Positions 11,401-23,241 of a DNA stretch of 64,000 bases are shown here, in pieces (position 1 is the stretch's first letter; every line of letters starts with the position of its first letter). The stretch is taken from contig NW_026515690.1 of assembly GCF_025526975.1 (NCBI RefSeq), positions 1-64,000 of the forward strand, read 5' to 3'. A program made the position numbers and the translations under genes. The DNA is from Fimicolochytrium jonesii. Its lineage: Eukaryota. Under the pieces are notes generated by a model. That model did not search any database. It was not told the origin of the DNA and was given only the letters and a program-made list of their open reading frames with translations.

Positions 11401-11878
11401 GACGCCGTGATGCGTTTGAAGAAGAAATTCGAGAAGCTCCTGAAGAGCGCGCCGTTGCCCTCCCGCCGTCGACGATCAGATGCATCGTCTCCAACGTCTC
11501 CTGAAGCCTCGGAAACGTATCAGCAGACTTTGCAAAGGCGCCATGCTGCTGTTCTTGGTCTGAACGCCCTGGTACAGGCCTTCCCTTATGAGGTTCCGCG
11601 GGATTGGATGCCCGACGTGCTGGTCACGTTGTCTATGTGCGTGGGAGACCCTGTTCCCGTTGGATCTGCCGTTCAGAAACTGTTTGCCGAGTTCAAGCGA
11701 ACGCATCAGGATAAGTACGGATTCCTGCTCGTTTTACGTACTGCGTCCTGTCGTCCGCGTATTCTAACTGCTTCCCTCTTCCTACTTTATCAGCTGGCAT
11801 GAAGATCTGGAAGCATTTGATGAAGATCAGAGGGAGCGCTTGGCTGATTTGTTGATTTCCCCTAGTTACTATGCTTGA
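5414..11878 (+). CDS. BLM10: Proteasome activator PA200/Blm10 (multi-exon)
   Basis: N-terminal LPY...; IESYYHPSNSGQW; LPGIDPND..KT; RHAAVLGL.ALV.AFPY.VP.WMP; EFKRTHQD.W; C-terminal HbYX motif PSYYA* (stop 11876-11878). ORFs 5342, 5724, 6082, 6949 and 10957 are linked by GT-AG introns. Confidence 0.95.
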
Positions 11879-12266
11879 TTTTGGATGTAGCCGCTTTCTC
11901 CCCTCTCAAATAGTCCGCTCGCCAGTGGAAACTCCCTGCCGATAGATGTGCATACCTTGTATCTTATGAGCTAGACCAAATATCTGTGACTTAGCATTTG
12001 AGTTAGACGTGCCTAATTTCGCGCTGGGGTCCCCGTTTGATTTGCCTGCCAAAGTCTGGTTCTGCTACAGTGGACTGCGAATGGAGGTACATGTGTGTCG
12101 ACATTGGGATGTCCGCTTCAAAAGAAAAATATGTATTCACGGGCGTTGACAACCGAGCACAAGATATCAAGTACATGGCGAGTGAGACCTCTTCCATTTC
12201 ATGATCTAAGCTATCTTCCACGAGATTCATTGAGACTATATATGAGGATTCACCCATCAAGTCCGT

Positions 12267-12941
12267 CTACTGGAAGATGTGTACGCCGCTAGATGGTTTG
12301 CACTGGCCCAGATCAAACGAGGCCTTCCTTCCCGACTCATAAGTCACTTCAAACCTAGCTCCCGGAACAAAAAGCGGCCGGCCGCCGCTGTTGAACTGGA
12401 ACCAAGCGCCGTTGGCCCACGTTCCTGCTACGCCGGCGAGGGTAGCTGATTTGGGAATTTCGGTGCCTGTGTTGAGCACCCCCAAGCTGTAATAGTACGG
12501 CGACCCACCGCCGCTGTTCGGGCGGGTATAGCACACGGGCCCGGCGCCCGCCAGCGGGTTCCTGCCTGACAGCTTGACCGAGCAATCAGCGACACCAGGC
12601 GGCTTCCCACCCGTCGCCGTCTTCCACGTCCTAGCGATCAAATCCACTCCACACGAGTCACTGCCCAGATTACAGGTGGATGCGATGACCGCGTCAACCG
12701 ATTGACCGCCGCATTGGATCGTCAGCACTTTGCCGCACAGCCCGGGGCGGTAGATCAGCCCGCCGAGATCGCGGGATTGGCCGAGGGCCACGGCGTCGGG
12801 GATCGTGTAGGTGCCTTCGGGGACTTGACATCCGCCGCCGTCGGATTGGGTGGACCAGTAGGTGCCTCTAACGGCGGAGGCGGGACGGATGGTAGCGAGG
12901 GCGAAGAGGGCGAGGGCCGACAAATTGAGAGAGGCAAACAT
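12267..12941 (-). CDS. Secreted expansin-like protein (DPBB/RlpA-like domain plus a probable CBM63-like domain), intronless
   Basis: Signal peptide MFASLNLSALALFALATIRPASA; GGC..P, AVAL, CGKVLTIQC, TC...CGVDL DPBB pattern; aromatic-rich second domain (YYYSLGVLN..., W..GAWFQF). Confidence 0.7.
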   Translation of the reverse strand: MFASLNLSALALFALATIRPASAVRGTYWSTQSDGGGCQVPEGTYTIPDAVALGQSRDLGGLIYRPGLCGKVLTIQCGGQSVDAVIASTCNLGSDSCGVDLIARTWKTATGGKPPGVADCSVKLSGRNPLAGAGPVCYTRPNSGGGSPYYYSLGVLNTGTEIPKSATLAGVAGTWANGAWFQFNSGGRPLFVPGARFEVTYESGRKASFDLGQCKPSSGVHIFQ

Positions 12942-13123
12942 GTTGATGAGGGGTTGATCTGATGGGCCTTCGTTAAACTTGGTTTGATTCTACAATATGC
13001 GATGTATCAGGTAATGACAAGACCTGCGTGTGCCTTTGACCGAATAGCTAACGACGGACAGATGGACGGATAACGTAGATATCATTAATGGAAAATATCG
13101 GTGAACATTCCACCGCTCACCGC

Positions 13124-13130
13124 TTTTATA
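13124..13130 (-). promoter_or_regulatory. Candidate TATA box of the expansin-like gene
   Basis: TATAAAA on the minus strand about 180 nt upstream of ATG 12941. Confidence 0.35.
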
Positions 13131-13802
13131 ACCCCGCTGGTGGCGTCGACGGTCGCCCTCTTGGAAGTCCAAAAACGCTGTCAAGTGCTTTGTGATCTCG
13201 ACACCCGGTGAAGTACCTTTGTTGCAGGTTCTTCCCACATCTAGCACTACCATTTTGCAGTATGTGTAGGCCCCCACATGGCCCGTGGGACCAATCCCAA
13301 GCTCCGTCTACGGTGAAGAACAACGGTAGTGGTCCAAATGTCGAAACCCACGCGCGTACTGTCAGGACGGTGGGCGTCGGCGACCGATGATCCCATGTTG
13401 TCGGGACCCTCGCGTGCGTCGCGCTGTCGAAACTCGTTATATTCCAATACTGAACAGAAGGCTCCGCGCAATTGTTTCGACAGCAATCGTTTATGAGGTG
13501 AAAAAAAAGCGGCGTATACAAAAGCACTATTAGGTAAATACTCCAGGATTAGACCGGGTGGGAATGTAGGCAAAAAACAAAGCACAAGAAGGGTTCAGAG
13601 GAAAAATGAATATACATGAGCATGTCTAAAAGGCGGGAAATGCAAAAGTGGTCGATGAAAAACGTATGTGGAGTGGAAACGGGAAGAGGTGCATCCGGGG
13701 AAGGGAAAGTAAGCCTGGGACGGTGATAGGCGATGATGGAGGGGGCATATACGTCGCGAGTAGAGCGGAAGATACGCGAGCACGTCCTGATATGGGCGTT
13801 CT

Positions 13803-16347
13803 TTACATGATAGTGCATCCCTTGCCCTTCTTCTTTTTGTCTTTGGGCGCTTTGCCGGGTTTCTTTCCCTTCGCAGGTTCTGGGGCCGGAACGGGGGCGG
13901 CGACGGTATCGGGTTCCGCTGCGGGTGCGACAGGCGTGGGTTGTGGTGGTGCAGTGACGGCGGCGGCGACCGCGGCACTGTCGGCTGGTGTGAGGGAGGT
14001 GCTGGTTTTCGGTGACCGGCTGAACCGCTTGTTCTTTTTGGCGGTCGACGTGGACGCCCGTGGTGTATATGCTGGATCTCCGTTTGCGAGTTGTATTGCG
14101 GCAACCTTCTCAGCGAGTTCTTTTACTTTTCCTTTGGCTTTCTCGTCACCCGCCGCCGCGGCACGTTCGTACCATTGTAGCGCAATCGGGATGTCGACAT
14201 GTCGCGATGGAGCTGGGTCGGTACTCCTCTGTTGTTCATGCTCTGCGGAACCTTCGGGGAGGTCAGCCTTGTGTGCGTCTCCTTGTTGCTGCCGTTGTTG
14301 TTCTTCGGCCGGATATGTATCGCGGCCTATCCCCATTTCGCAAAAGTATCCCATCGCAAACATGGCCTTTGGCAGACCACCTTCCGCGGCGAGCGAAACC
14401 CATCGGTAGGCTTCGGCATCCGACTGTACGAGGGTGAAAGCTGTTGCTGGATCGGATACACCAGTGAGATACCAGCCTCCCAGCTCAAACATCGCCTGAT
14501 TGATAGCAAAAGGAAACACTCGTAAGGAAGCTGTTCACGTTAACAAACCGGCAATCCAACAAACATACCTCCAGATTGCCATTCGCAGCTGCCAAACTGT
14601 AGTAGTAAACACTGCGTCCGGGGTCCACATTCACCGAGTAATAACCATACTCATAAGCCTCTCCCAACTTGAACTGGCACCCGCCATGTCCTAAAGCGGC
14701 ACCCTGTGTCAACAGCTCCACCAGGTAGTCGTGATCTTGCCACACCACATTGTGAACGCCGCGATCGTGCAGGATGGCAAGCTCGTAGAGGGCTTGGGGG
14801 TATTTCTCGGTGGCGTACTTGGCGGCCAGCTTGAGCCACTTGACACCGTCACGAGGGTTTTTCGACTGGTTGAGTTCGCCGCGGAGGAGACACATGCCGA
14901 GACGGAACATTGCACCGGGGTGGTTACTGGAAATCAAAACAGGGACATGTTTAGTCACCAGCAAAGTTATGTCAATCACTTCCAGAATGTGATATGCTTA
15001 CCTGACAGCGGCCTTGCGATAGTTGTGCAAGGCGCGGTTATTGCTCTGTCCCACTCCAGCTCCTTGCTCATAGCACAATCCAACGTGAAACAAAGCCTCA
15101 GGGTGGTCCTTCTTTGCTGCGGACAAGTACAACTGGAACGCTTTTGAGTAGTCGGCCTTGTGCTTTTCTTGGAAACCAGGGATACCGCTGATGTACAGGT
15201 TGGCGAGGAGATACTGGGAATCCACCAGGCCTGCAATTGAAAGCTTCTTCAACGTCTTGATGGCGAGTTCACATGTCAGCTTCTGCTCCTCCTTATCGAT
15301 GAACTGCACATTGTCAACTATGAAACGAGCAGCCTCGAACGATTGTGCTTTGTCTTTCGATTTCTTTGCCTTCAGTTTCATGTACTCCATACGCTGAGGC
15401 AGGGAAGCGTTCGCGAAACCGCGCGAGATCTCTGACCCGATATCGGACTCAGCATCGGAGCTGGTACCGTCCACTACGCTGGAGTCGCCGATGGACATGC
15501 GACCGGGGTTTTCCGAGCCACTGTCGTCGCCGGAGAATAACGAAGGGACCAGGGACTGCCGACCCGTTGCGAGGAGTCTTCGAGGCGGGATGGCATCGGA
15601 GGACTCGACGCTAGATACAGATTCGGCATAATCGTCACCGCCTAGCATCTGGCGACCGTTCTCAACAGGGCTGTCACACATAGTATCCGATTGTGCGAGA
15701 ATCTTTTGGCTCGACGGGGCAACTCTGCTTAATGCTTCGGAGGAGCTTTTCGCGCCAACTTTCTTCTGCGGTACAGAGAGCGGGGCCGGAGGCAGGGGGA
15801 CCGAGAGGGGCTGCGGTAGGTTGCGATGTTCCGGAGCTGGATTTTCTACTCCCGCCACATGTGCTGTCAAACTCTGAGCCAAAGTTCCGGTGGGTACTGG
15901 AGTATCGATCGTTGGCGACCGTTCATGTTGGGATACGGGGTTTTGGCGTCCGTTCTGTGATGAGGAGGTGGTCGTACTCGGTATGCTAACCGTCTTGTCG
16001 GCCAGGGACGCATTGGACTGTGCTCCATCTCTTGACGAAGAGGTAAGCTGAATTTGACCATTCCTCACTTCAAGCAACAGTGGATTGGCGGACGTCGGTG
16101 AGGGAATAGGGCCGTTGGATGTCTGAGTGGCCGACCGCGGTCGAGGCGACACGAACTCGCTTTCCTGGCGAACTTCAGGATTGACGTCTCCATTTTCCGT
16201 TCGCACTTGGCTCTCCGGCGAACGGTTGTTACCGGATTCGTCACCGTCGAGAAGCGGCGTTTCCCTTAGCCACTTCTCCACGACCAATTTCGACTTTGTA
16301 GTCCTGGACCCTGTCGCTATTGGGACTGGGACAGCAGCTGCCGGCAT
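13803..16347 (-). CDS. Sel1-repeat protein with C-terminal CaaX; chitin synthase activator Chs4/Skt5-like (multi-exon; start uncertain)
   Basis: Multiple Sel1 repeats (ALFHVGLCYEQGAGV, AMFRLGMCLLRGE, AMFELGGWYLTG, AMFAMGYFCEMGIG); polybasic C-terminus KKKKGKG-CTIM*; disordered N-terminus. Confidence 0.85.
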
Positions 16348-17917
16348 TCTGACAAAGACTTTGTCGGTGAGGTATAGAGTTGTTTGACGCGGACTTTCGG
16401 CACAGAGAGCCTACGCGGTTCGGAAGGTTGGGAAAGGTTTTTCGAAGGTCTATCCAGGGAGTGTAAACACAACAGGGCAGCTCGTGCTTCCTAGGCGAAA
16501 TTGAACTGGCGTCGGGCTTCTTTACTATGGCGACAAAGACGCAAAGCGAACGTCAGTACTTGCGAGCAGTAGCAATGCGAACTTGAAGGCCACAGCCTCG
16601 GCCGGCGATCCCTCACCTGCACAGTCGCAAGGTTTTCGACGTTACCTGAGAGAAGTCTCAAAGCCCAGTTGCTGGCGATGTGGCGTTTGGAGTTTGACGT
16701 GACAGAGAGGTATTAGGCTGGTGGTGGGAGTACCTCGGTTGACGGTATTTCATACACGGCTCAAAGGTAGCCGGATAGTGAATGGGTCTGGAGCGTAATT
16801 GAAGTGAAAGGACAGGAGGATAGCAGCCTGGCAAAGTTTTGTGTGCGGTGGTGAGTGGTGGGTTTTTTGCCGTTGCAAGTGGGAAAGAAGCGGGAAGCGA
16901 GTTCAATTCAAGCGACAGCAGGAAGAATTGCGCGACTCCCGTCTCGCTTTTCACAAGGCCCTTTGGCCGACAGCCGGGCGTCCTTCCACTTCATACTACA
17001 ACATACGGATCCTCCTAATGAAAATCATACTGACGGGAGAGAGCCAGAACACATCATATCCGATAATATCGATATAGACACAGGCCGTTTCTGAGGTTCC
17101 CTGTCGTTGACGGTGGCCGTCGCCACGTTGTTGTTAATTGCCAACTGCGAGCTTCTGTTCAAAAACGCCAGCGAGCAAGAGAAGGAAAGAAGGCTGACGT
17201 GACGGCGGGTGCAAAAAGGGATTTGGCTGTCAGGGGCTACCTGGTTCCAGGCTTATTACACCAAGCAAGCACAGCAAGCAAGCACGTTTTGGCCTTTCCC
17301 TTTGTGAAGTAAGGGCTTAGGGCACATGGTTTGCATACCCATTATTCGGAGGTCGGAATGATGACCAAGCCCCGTTTCGACACGGCGACACGTCATAATC
17401 CGTCATTGTATACCACGATGTCTCACATTCCGACGGCGATCCTCGTTTGCTCTCCTTGTTCAAGTTGCCCCAGCTTGCGTGCCCGTCTCCGCGCATTCAT
17501 GTTCACATGAAATCAAATGTCACTCTGCCCGCCAATCCACGGGCATTCAAAGGACATATGCCAGGAAGTGCGTGCAGCACATGCTCGCAGTGGTCCGTGA
17601 TAAAATGCATGGGCTGGAGGAGCGTAACGTTAGAGTACGAAGGATGCAGACCTTACCTTTAGAGCGTTGACATACAGTATTTCGCCGCTTGGTCCGCAGC
17701 ATCCTCGTGAATCCATCCTCGCTGATCTACTGCGTCGGCAACATCACCGTTTTCAAGAGGGAGGCGAGATGGTTCACTATTAGCCATCCTCCAAATCCAT
17801 CCGCGTCCACATAACGAGCGCAAGGTATCGAAACTCGAAGGCCCCCAGATTCGGTATGATGATTTGGTTATATTACGGTAAAGCTTTCTCTGTGCTCAAT
17901 TCGGTCGCTGGTCGCAT

Positions 17918-18651
17918 CTACTTCTTGTTCTTCAACTCAGCCTCACGGTCGTGAATGTATCGGTTCTCAGACGCAGCTTCCCTCTTGCTGTGAGTAGATA
18001 AATCATATTAGCGAACACCCAACGAGATCGAGCATCTCAAATTGACAATGTACTCACGACAAAGCATCGGTTCCACTAGCACCAGTACCATAGACGTTCT
18101 TGTTGTCCTTGAGCTCCTTGTGGAACTCCGGGTCAACGTGAGGCGCGGCATCGAGCTTCTTCTTGGCCTCAGTTTCCTTCAGAGCCAGTTGCTCGCGCAA
18201 CTTCTTGATGGTCGCTTTTTCTTGCTCCCATGCGTAACCTGGGACAGAGGAATAAGATCAGGATCAGGTTGGCTTTTATTGGTAGTGAGGGTGCGCAGAA
18301 ATAAGGCATTTGATTGGCCCCGGTATCGGAACTCCTAAGACGCCGGCCATCGTCCCAACCATCGGCGATTCTCTACTCAGAACCCACTACATGGCACACT
18401 CGCCATCATCCATCGCCCTCCTCCTTCCCCCCGACGCCCGGTAAACCTACGTTCTTCCTACAAGACATAAACAAAATGTCAGGACCCAATCATTCAACCG
18501 TCAACTAAAAGCATAAGGGAAGATCACCAACCTCAGTAATTTCACGCTTAGCGAAACCGCCTCCTGCTGCCCTGACAGACATAGCGCGGACAGGTGTAGC
18601 GAGGTGGATAGCCAGCGGGGTGCGGAGAGTTGCGATGCGAGAGAAGGACAT
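17918..18651 (-). CDS. Mitochondrial ATP synthase inhibitor IF1/Inh1-like protein with two inhibitor motifs (4 exons including a 7-nt microexon at 18451-18457)
   Basis: Spliced translation: MSFSRIATLRTPLAIHLATPVRAMSVRAAGGGFAKREITE|EER|YAWEQEKATIKKLREQL...VYGTGASGTDALS|KREAASENRYIHDREAELKNKK*. It has a presequence and the IF1 motif GGxFxKRE..EE.RY. Not in the ORF track because the exons are short. Confidence 0.85.
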
Positions 18652-19159
18652 AATTATGGTTTGTGTTTTCTTGTTTGTGTGTGATGAGGTAGCTGGAGGT
18701 TTTGGCTGAGTTGCGTCGAACGGTCGTTCAAACGCAGGTCAAACGTCACCTCGGAGCTGCGTTCATTAAAAGAGCACGTGACACGGACCGCATGTTACCA
18801 TGTTACAGTACCTCGCAAAAGGCTGTGCACCCGTGAAATAAATCAGCGACTACCGTAACGCCACATTCAAGTGAGGACCGCGACATTGATTTCAATTAGA
18901 GGGGGTGCACAGCTTTTTGCTAACTGACTGCACTGTACATATTTCGACTTGGACAAGCTCGACAAACTCTGGACGTCGCTTTTGGACATTGGGATTCCGT
19001 CGTAAGAGGTGGAGTGAAGCGGACCCTCGGTACACGGACGACGCTTCAACTGCTTGAACAGAACGCCCTCGAAACGAACCCCGTTGAAAACCTACGAGCA
19101 TACTCACCGCATACCGCAGAATCTACGCAAAGCCCCTCGTGTCAGGAAAGAATTTGAAG

Positions 19160-20255
19160 ATGGCGATTTCGGACACAACAACACGGCTGTTTATACAAGC
19201 CTACTTGCGGCACCGAATACTACCCGAGACGGCGGTAAAGGCGCTGCATGCGAAGGTCTGCGCCCTCAGTGAAGGTATCCTTCAGCATAGTCGCCTTTGC
19301 TTTGGCCACGAACTTAACCAAACTCCACCATGCAGACCAAGATGCCCTCGAAGACTTCCCGAGTTTCATAGGAGAACTCAACCGACGGGTGGATACATTT
19401 AACATGGAACTGCGGCGGGGGCATGAGGCGAGCACGGGAAAGCAATTCTACGCGCTGGTGAACACGAATGGGGACGAGCTAGCGCAACAGGCGACGGAGT
19501 GCTCGCCGGCGGAGATTGCGTATTTTAAGCATTTGGTAAGGAGGGTGCAGAGATGTTCAGCGGCTGAAGACTTCGGAGGGGAGCCGAGTGAGGAGGTGTA
19601 TAGCCAGGTTGCTGACCCTGGGTATAAACCCGTAGGTGGATGTGATAATCAACGCCGACGACGACGTCTACGAACTGTCCTCCACAGCAGCACTGTCAGA
19701 AGCAAGCCAGATGACACCAGCAATGACGAAACGGGATGCGCAGGCCCTTATCGACCGCCTGATCGACAACCAGTGGCTGGTGAATAGGAATGGACTCTTG
19801 TCCCTGAGCTTACGGACGACGCTCGAGCTGCAGACGTATCTGAAGGAGGAATACCAGGACCGGATTCATGAGTGTACTATGTGCATGGAGATGGTGACGA
19901 GTGATGTAAGTGACAGATTTGAACGTCATGCGAACGATTTCGTTAGGACCCCGCCCATGCCTCCATTGGGCTAACCTCTCCCCGGCAGTACGAACGATGC
20001 ACAGTAGCAAACTGCAAAGCCCGCCTACACGCCTACTGCTCACGAGTCTACTTTACGCGGCAAAAAGTCAAAAAATGCCCAACGTGCAAGTCACCGTGGC
20101 ATGGTGATGCGTTGGGGACGGGCAGGCCCAGACCCAGCGGCAGCAGCACCAAGAGTGGACGACAGGCAACGAACGGGATCAAGAGGGACAGGGATGCGCT
20201 TGATGAGGAGGAGGGCGAGGAAGAAGAAGAGGGTGACGAGGATGCGATGGAGTGA
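19160..20255 (+). CDS. NSE1: SMC5/6 complex non-SMC element 1 (winged helix plus RING)
   Basis: RLFIQA..., YALVNTNGDELAQQATE.S.AEIAYFK, L..RT.LEL..YL, RING C..C...C..C..RLH.YC...CPTC..W, acidic tail; three introns. Confidence 0.9.
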
Positions 20256-20698
20256 AGTGCATGATACGGCGTGCGAGGGTTTGCATTCTAGACGGGGCAC
20301 ATGTGCTTGTAGATTTAAGCGTATTCTGTATATACGGCGTAGCCAGGCTTTCAGCCTGTCGACTCAATCGGTTGAATGGTAAATATCATATTACGATAAC
20401 TACCATGAATTTCCGAGTCAGTGAGTGAGCAAATGGGTCATACTTGCAGGGCGCCTGCATGGATGTTCGTATTCACGAAAACGATTAGAAGCGATCAACC
20501 CGACCGGCAGTAAAACACATAGCTTCTAACGGGAGCTTCCGAGGCGAAACGAAGCAAGTGGCAAAAGGGTTAGGGAATGGGACAAATTCCAAAAATGAGA
20601 TGTGGTGGGCCAGGATTCGATGTACAGTACGCCATGTCGACTCGTTTCCACAGCCAAATGTTGCCCTGTATGCAGAAACCTGAGGCAATCCCTTCAAA

Positions 20699-21464
20699 TC
20701 AATCGCCATGATCGCCGGATGACTTGATGAGATCTACTCGCAGTGAGCCTATCTCGTTTCTGATTTGTAATGGAACAATGCGATTAGCGGTGGGCGTATA
20801 TGTTTGGGCTGCCAGGGTGAGGTCACGAAGCAGTCAGGCGTACCTCTCCACAGCAATCTTCCGCCGGATCTCTTGCAGCTCCCGTCTCAATTGAGTTTCC
20901 GGCACGCTAACCCCCGGCAAAGCTTTCACTAGCTCATGCGCATCCTTGATCTTCTCCTTCAGAGTCCGTATCTGCCAGTGGAAAGGAACAACCCTCGGTC
21001 AAATCCCATCTCTGTCGTTTCGCAGGCGTCAGAGCTCCAAGTCAACGCACCAGTCTTTCCACCCGCGCAACCGAATCCCCTCCCGCCGCCGCCCCTTGCT
21101 GCCCGCCGTTCGCCAGCAACCCACGATGCATCTCCCGCATGGCCTGCACCACCATCGTCTCGAAATCGAACGCGTGTGGGTCGACCCCGGCGTGATGGGA
21201 CGACGCCTCACTCTCGTCGCCCGATGTGTATTCCGACCCGCTATCTGATCCACCCGCGTCTTCCTCCGCCGTGTGTTTAGTTTTGGCCGTGGGAGTATCA
21301 CCATACGCCCCTCCTGCTATCCTCGGTGACTGCACAGTCCCATTCGCGTTCGTTATTGATGGTGTGTTGGCCATCGGTGCTGGTGGTGGCGGAGGTGCGG
21401 GGAACCTGTATCCGACGACGTTGGTAGCTTGGGGTTCCTCCCCTTGCCCTGCTGGTTCGGGCAT
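20699..21464 (-). CDS. MED9: Probable Mediator subunit Med9/Cse2 (3 exons)
   Basis: Exon 2 reads IRTLKEKIKDAHELVKALPGVSVPETQLRRELQEIRRKIAVER, the Med9 LK.K...A...V..LPG.....Q coiled-coil pattern. Alternative start at 21500. Confidence 0.55.
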
Positions 21465-21813
21465 TCTATGAAGAGAGCGAGTAGCGCCGTGGCCGAGCAT
21501 CCAAGCGGGGGATTCGTCCGGGCTATCTGTGACGGAAGAGCATAGGTGGCGGAGGCCAACGGAAACGGCAATGCGTGGCAGGAAAGGTCACCCGAGCCTT
21601 CCGAATTCCCCAGAACGTTGAACTCGTTGAATGCTTTCGTTTCGCTCTGAAGGGGAATGGACGAAAGTCTCGAAAGTTCTTGGAGGTGTTGGCGCAGGTT
21701 GGCGCGTCCTTAAGCCTTGAGGAGCTTGAGGCTTTCCCTGGACTATAGATTCGTGACCGGCCAGCGTTGAACAGCTTGAACCTCCTCCTGGCATCGCCGC
21801 TAACCCTACAGTC

Positions 21814-22372
21814 ATGGTCCGCTTCAAGAACCGCTACCTTCTCGTCCAAATCCACTTCGACGACCAGCCGCAAACAAGCTGGTCCAACGCCAAAACAGCC
21901 GACACTTCCTTTGACGGGCGAACACTCCACTACGCCCTGAAAGACAGCCTCCTAACGAATTTCGGCGACCACGGCGCAGGAAAGACAGCAGCCTCCACCA
22001 ACGTAAAATACTACTCGCCGCATACCACCACCGGGATCGTGCGGTGCGCTCGTGATGATCTAAGTTTTGTCTGGGCTGCGTTAACGTTGATGTCGAAAGT
22101 GAAGGGGCCTGGGAATAAGACCTATAGTGTTACTGTTAGGGTTATGCATGTTTCGGGGACTATCAAGTCTGCGCAGACAAAGGCTATCAAGTTTGATACG
22201 GAGCTGATAAGGGATATGGTGACCACGGGTGTTCTGCCAGGTACGTTCGTCAAATCTGCTCGGAATATATGAAAGGATTGCGTTTTGACTCTGCTTCGTC
22301 TATCCAACAGTGGCAGAGTCGCAGGAGCTGATGACGAGGGTGAAAAAGGAAATCGAGGCTTTGGAAATGTAG
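21814..22372 (+). CDS. POP5: RNase P/MRP subunit Pop5 (Rpp14/Pop5 family)
   Basis: MVRFKNRYLL..., NFGD.GAG, VKYYSP.T.TGIVRCARD, V.HVSGTIK; intron from 22241; last exon VAESQELMTRVKKEIEALEM*. Confidence 0.93.
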
Positions 22373-23241
22373 GCGCCAAAATAGTCGGCGTAGATTTCCA
22401 TCATCGAGATCGCACGTATGAGGGTACGAACAAGGATGCCCAAAGTTGCGTTTCCATCGAAGGAGCGGCTGTCCTCGTTCCCATTCACGCTGAAGTCGAA
22501 TAGACCCCGGGCACTCTAGTGCTAGAAACGAGGGGACGCGCTCCCACACACGACGGATGACGGACGACCGTTTCGGTGGTTATCGCTAGATTTCGCGTCC
22601 GTATGCCTTTCCTACGATTTTGGAACGAACGGGGCCCACCGGGTGGGAGCCACGTCTCCCAACCCCGTACAGGTGGAGGATTCGGATCGCAGTTTCGCCA
22701 GAAACTCCTCGGCGCGCGATGGCTTCGACTGGATGATTGGAGCCCTTGACCATTCTAGGTAGCGTGACAGGGAACTATCTGCATCCTCTCGCAAGTTCGA
22801 GCGAACGGAGCGTTGGGCATATTGCAGCTCGCCAGGCAAAGACCCCACTGGGCTATGCGAGAAGTGAGTGAAGCCTCAGCCATTTGCGAAACCGGTAAAC
22901 CACAGTAGAGCAGTCGCATATCCCGTCCGCGCGCACCGGAATGCGACTCCCATAGAGTATATACATGATAGTGATTCAAACCCAATCTCGCCGTAAATAC
23001 ATGCATCGATACATGCAGATCCATATGTACAAAAACGTAAAGGCTTCTCAACTCTCTTCGTAGTGACAGGATGCCCTTTCAGTAGTGGGATGGGCTTTCT
23101 CACCCTCCTCTCCCGTCAGACAAACTAGATAAATTAGCCCAAAATCTACATGCATGGACGGGCGCCCGGCCTCGCAGGATCGCGGTCCGTACGTCGAAAA
23201 AAGGTCGGAGTCCGGATCGACAAGAGACGCGGCGCGGTAGC

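Noticed and set aside
22373..23241. RNase P/MRP RNA or U5 next to POP5
   Set aside because: No P4 helix consensus; GCCTTTCC does not match U5 loop I (GCCTTTTAC).
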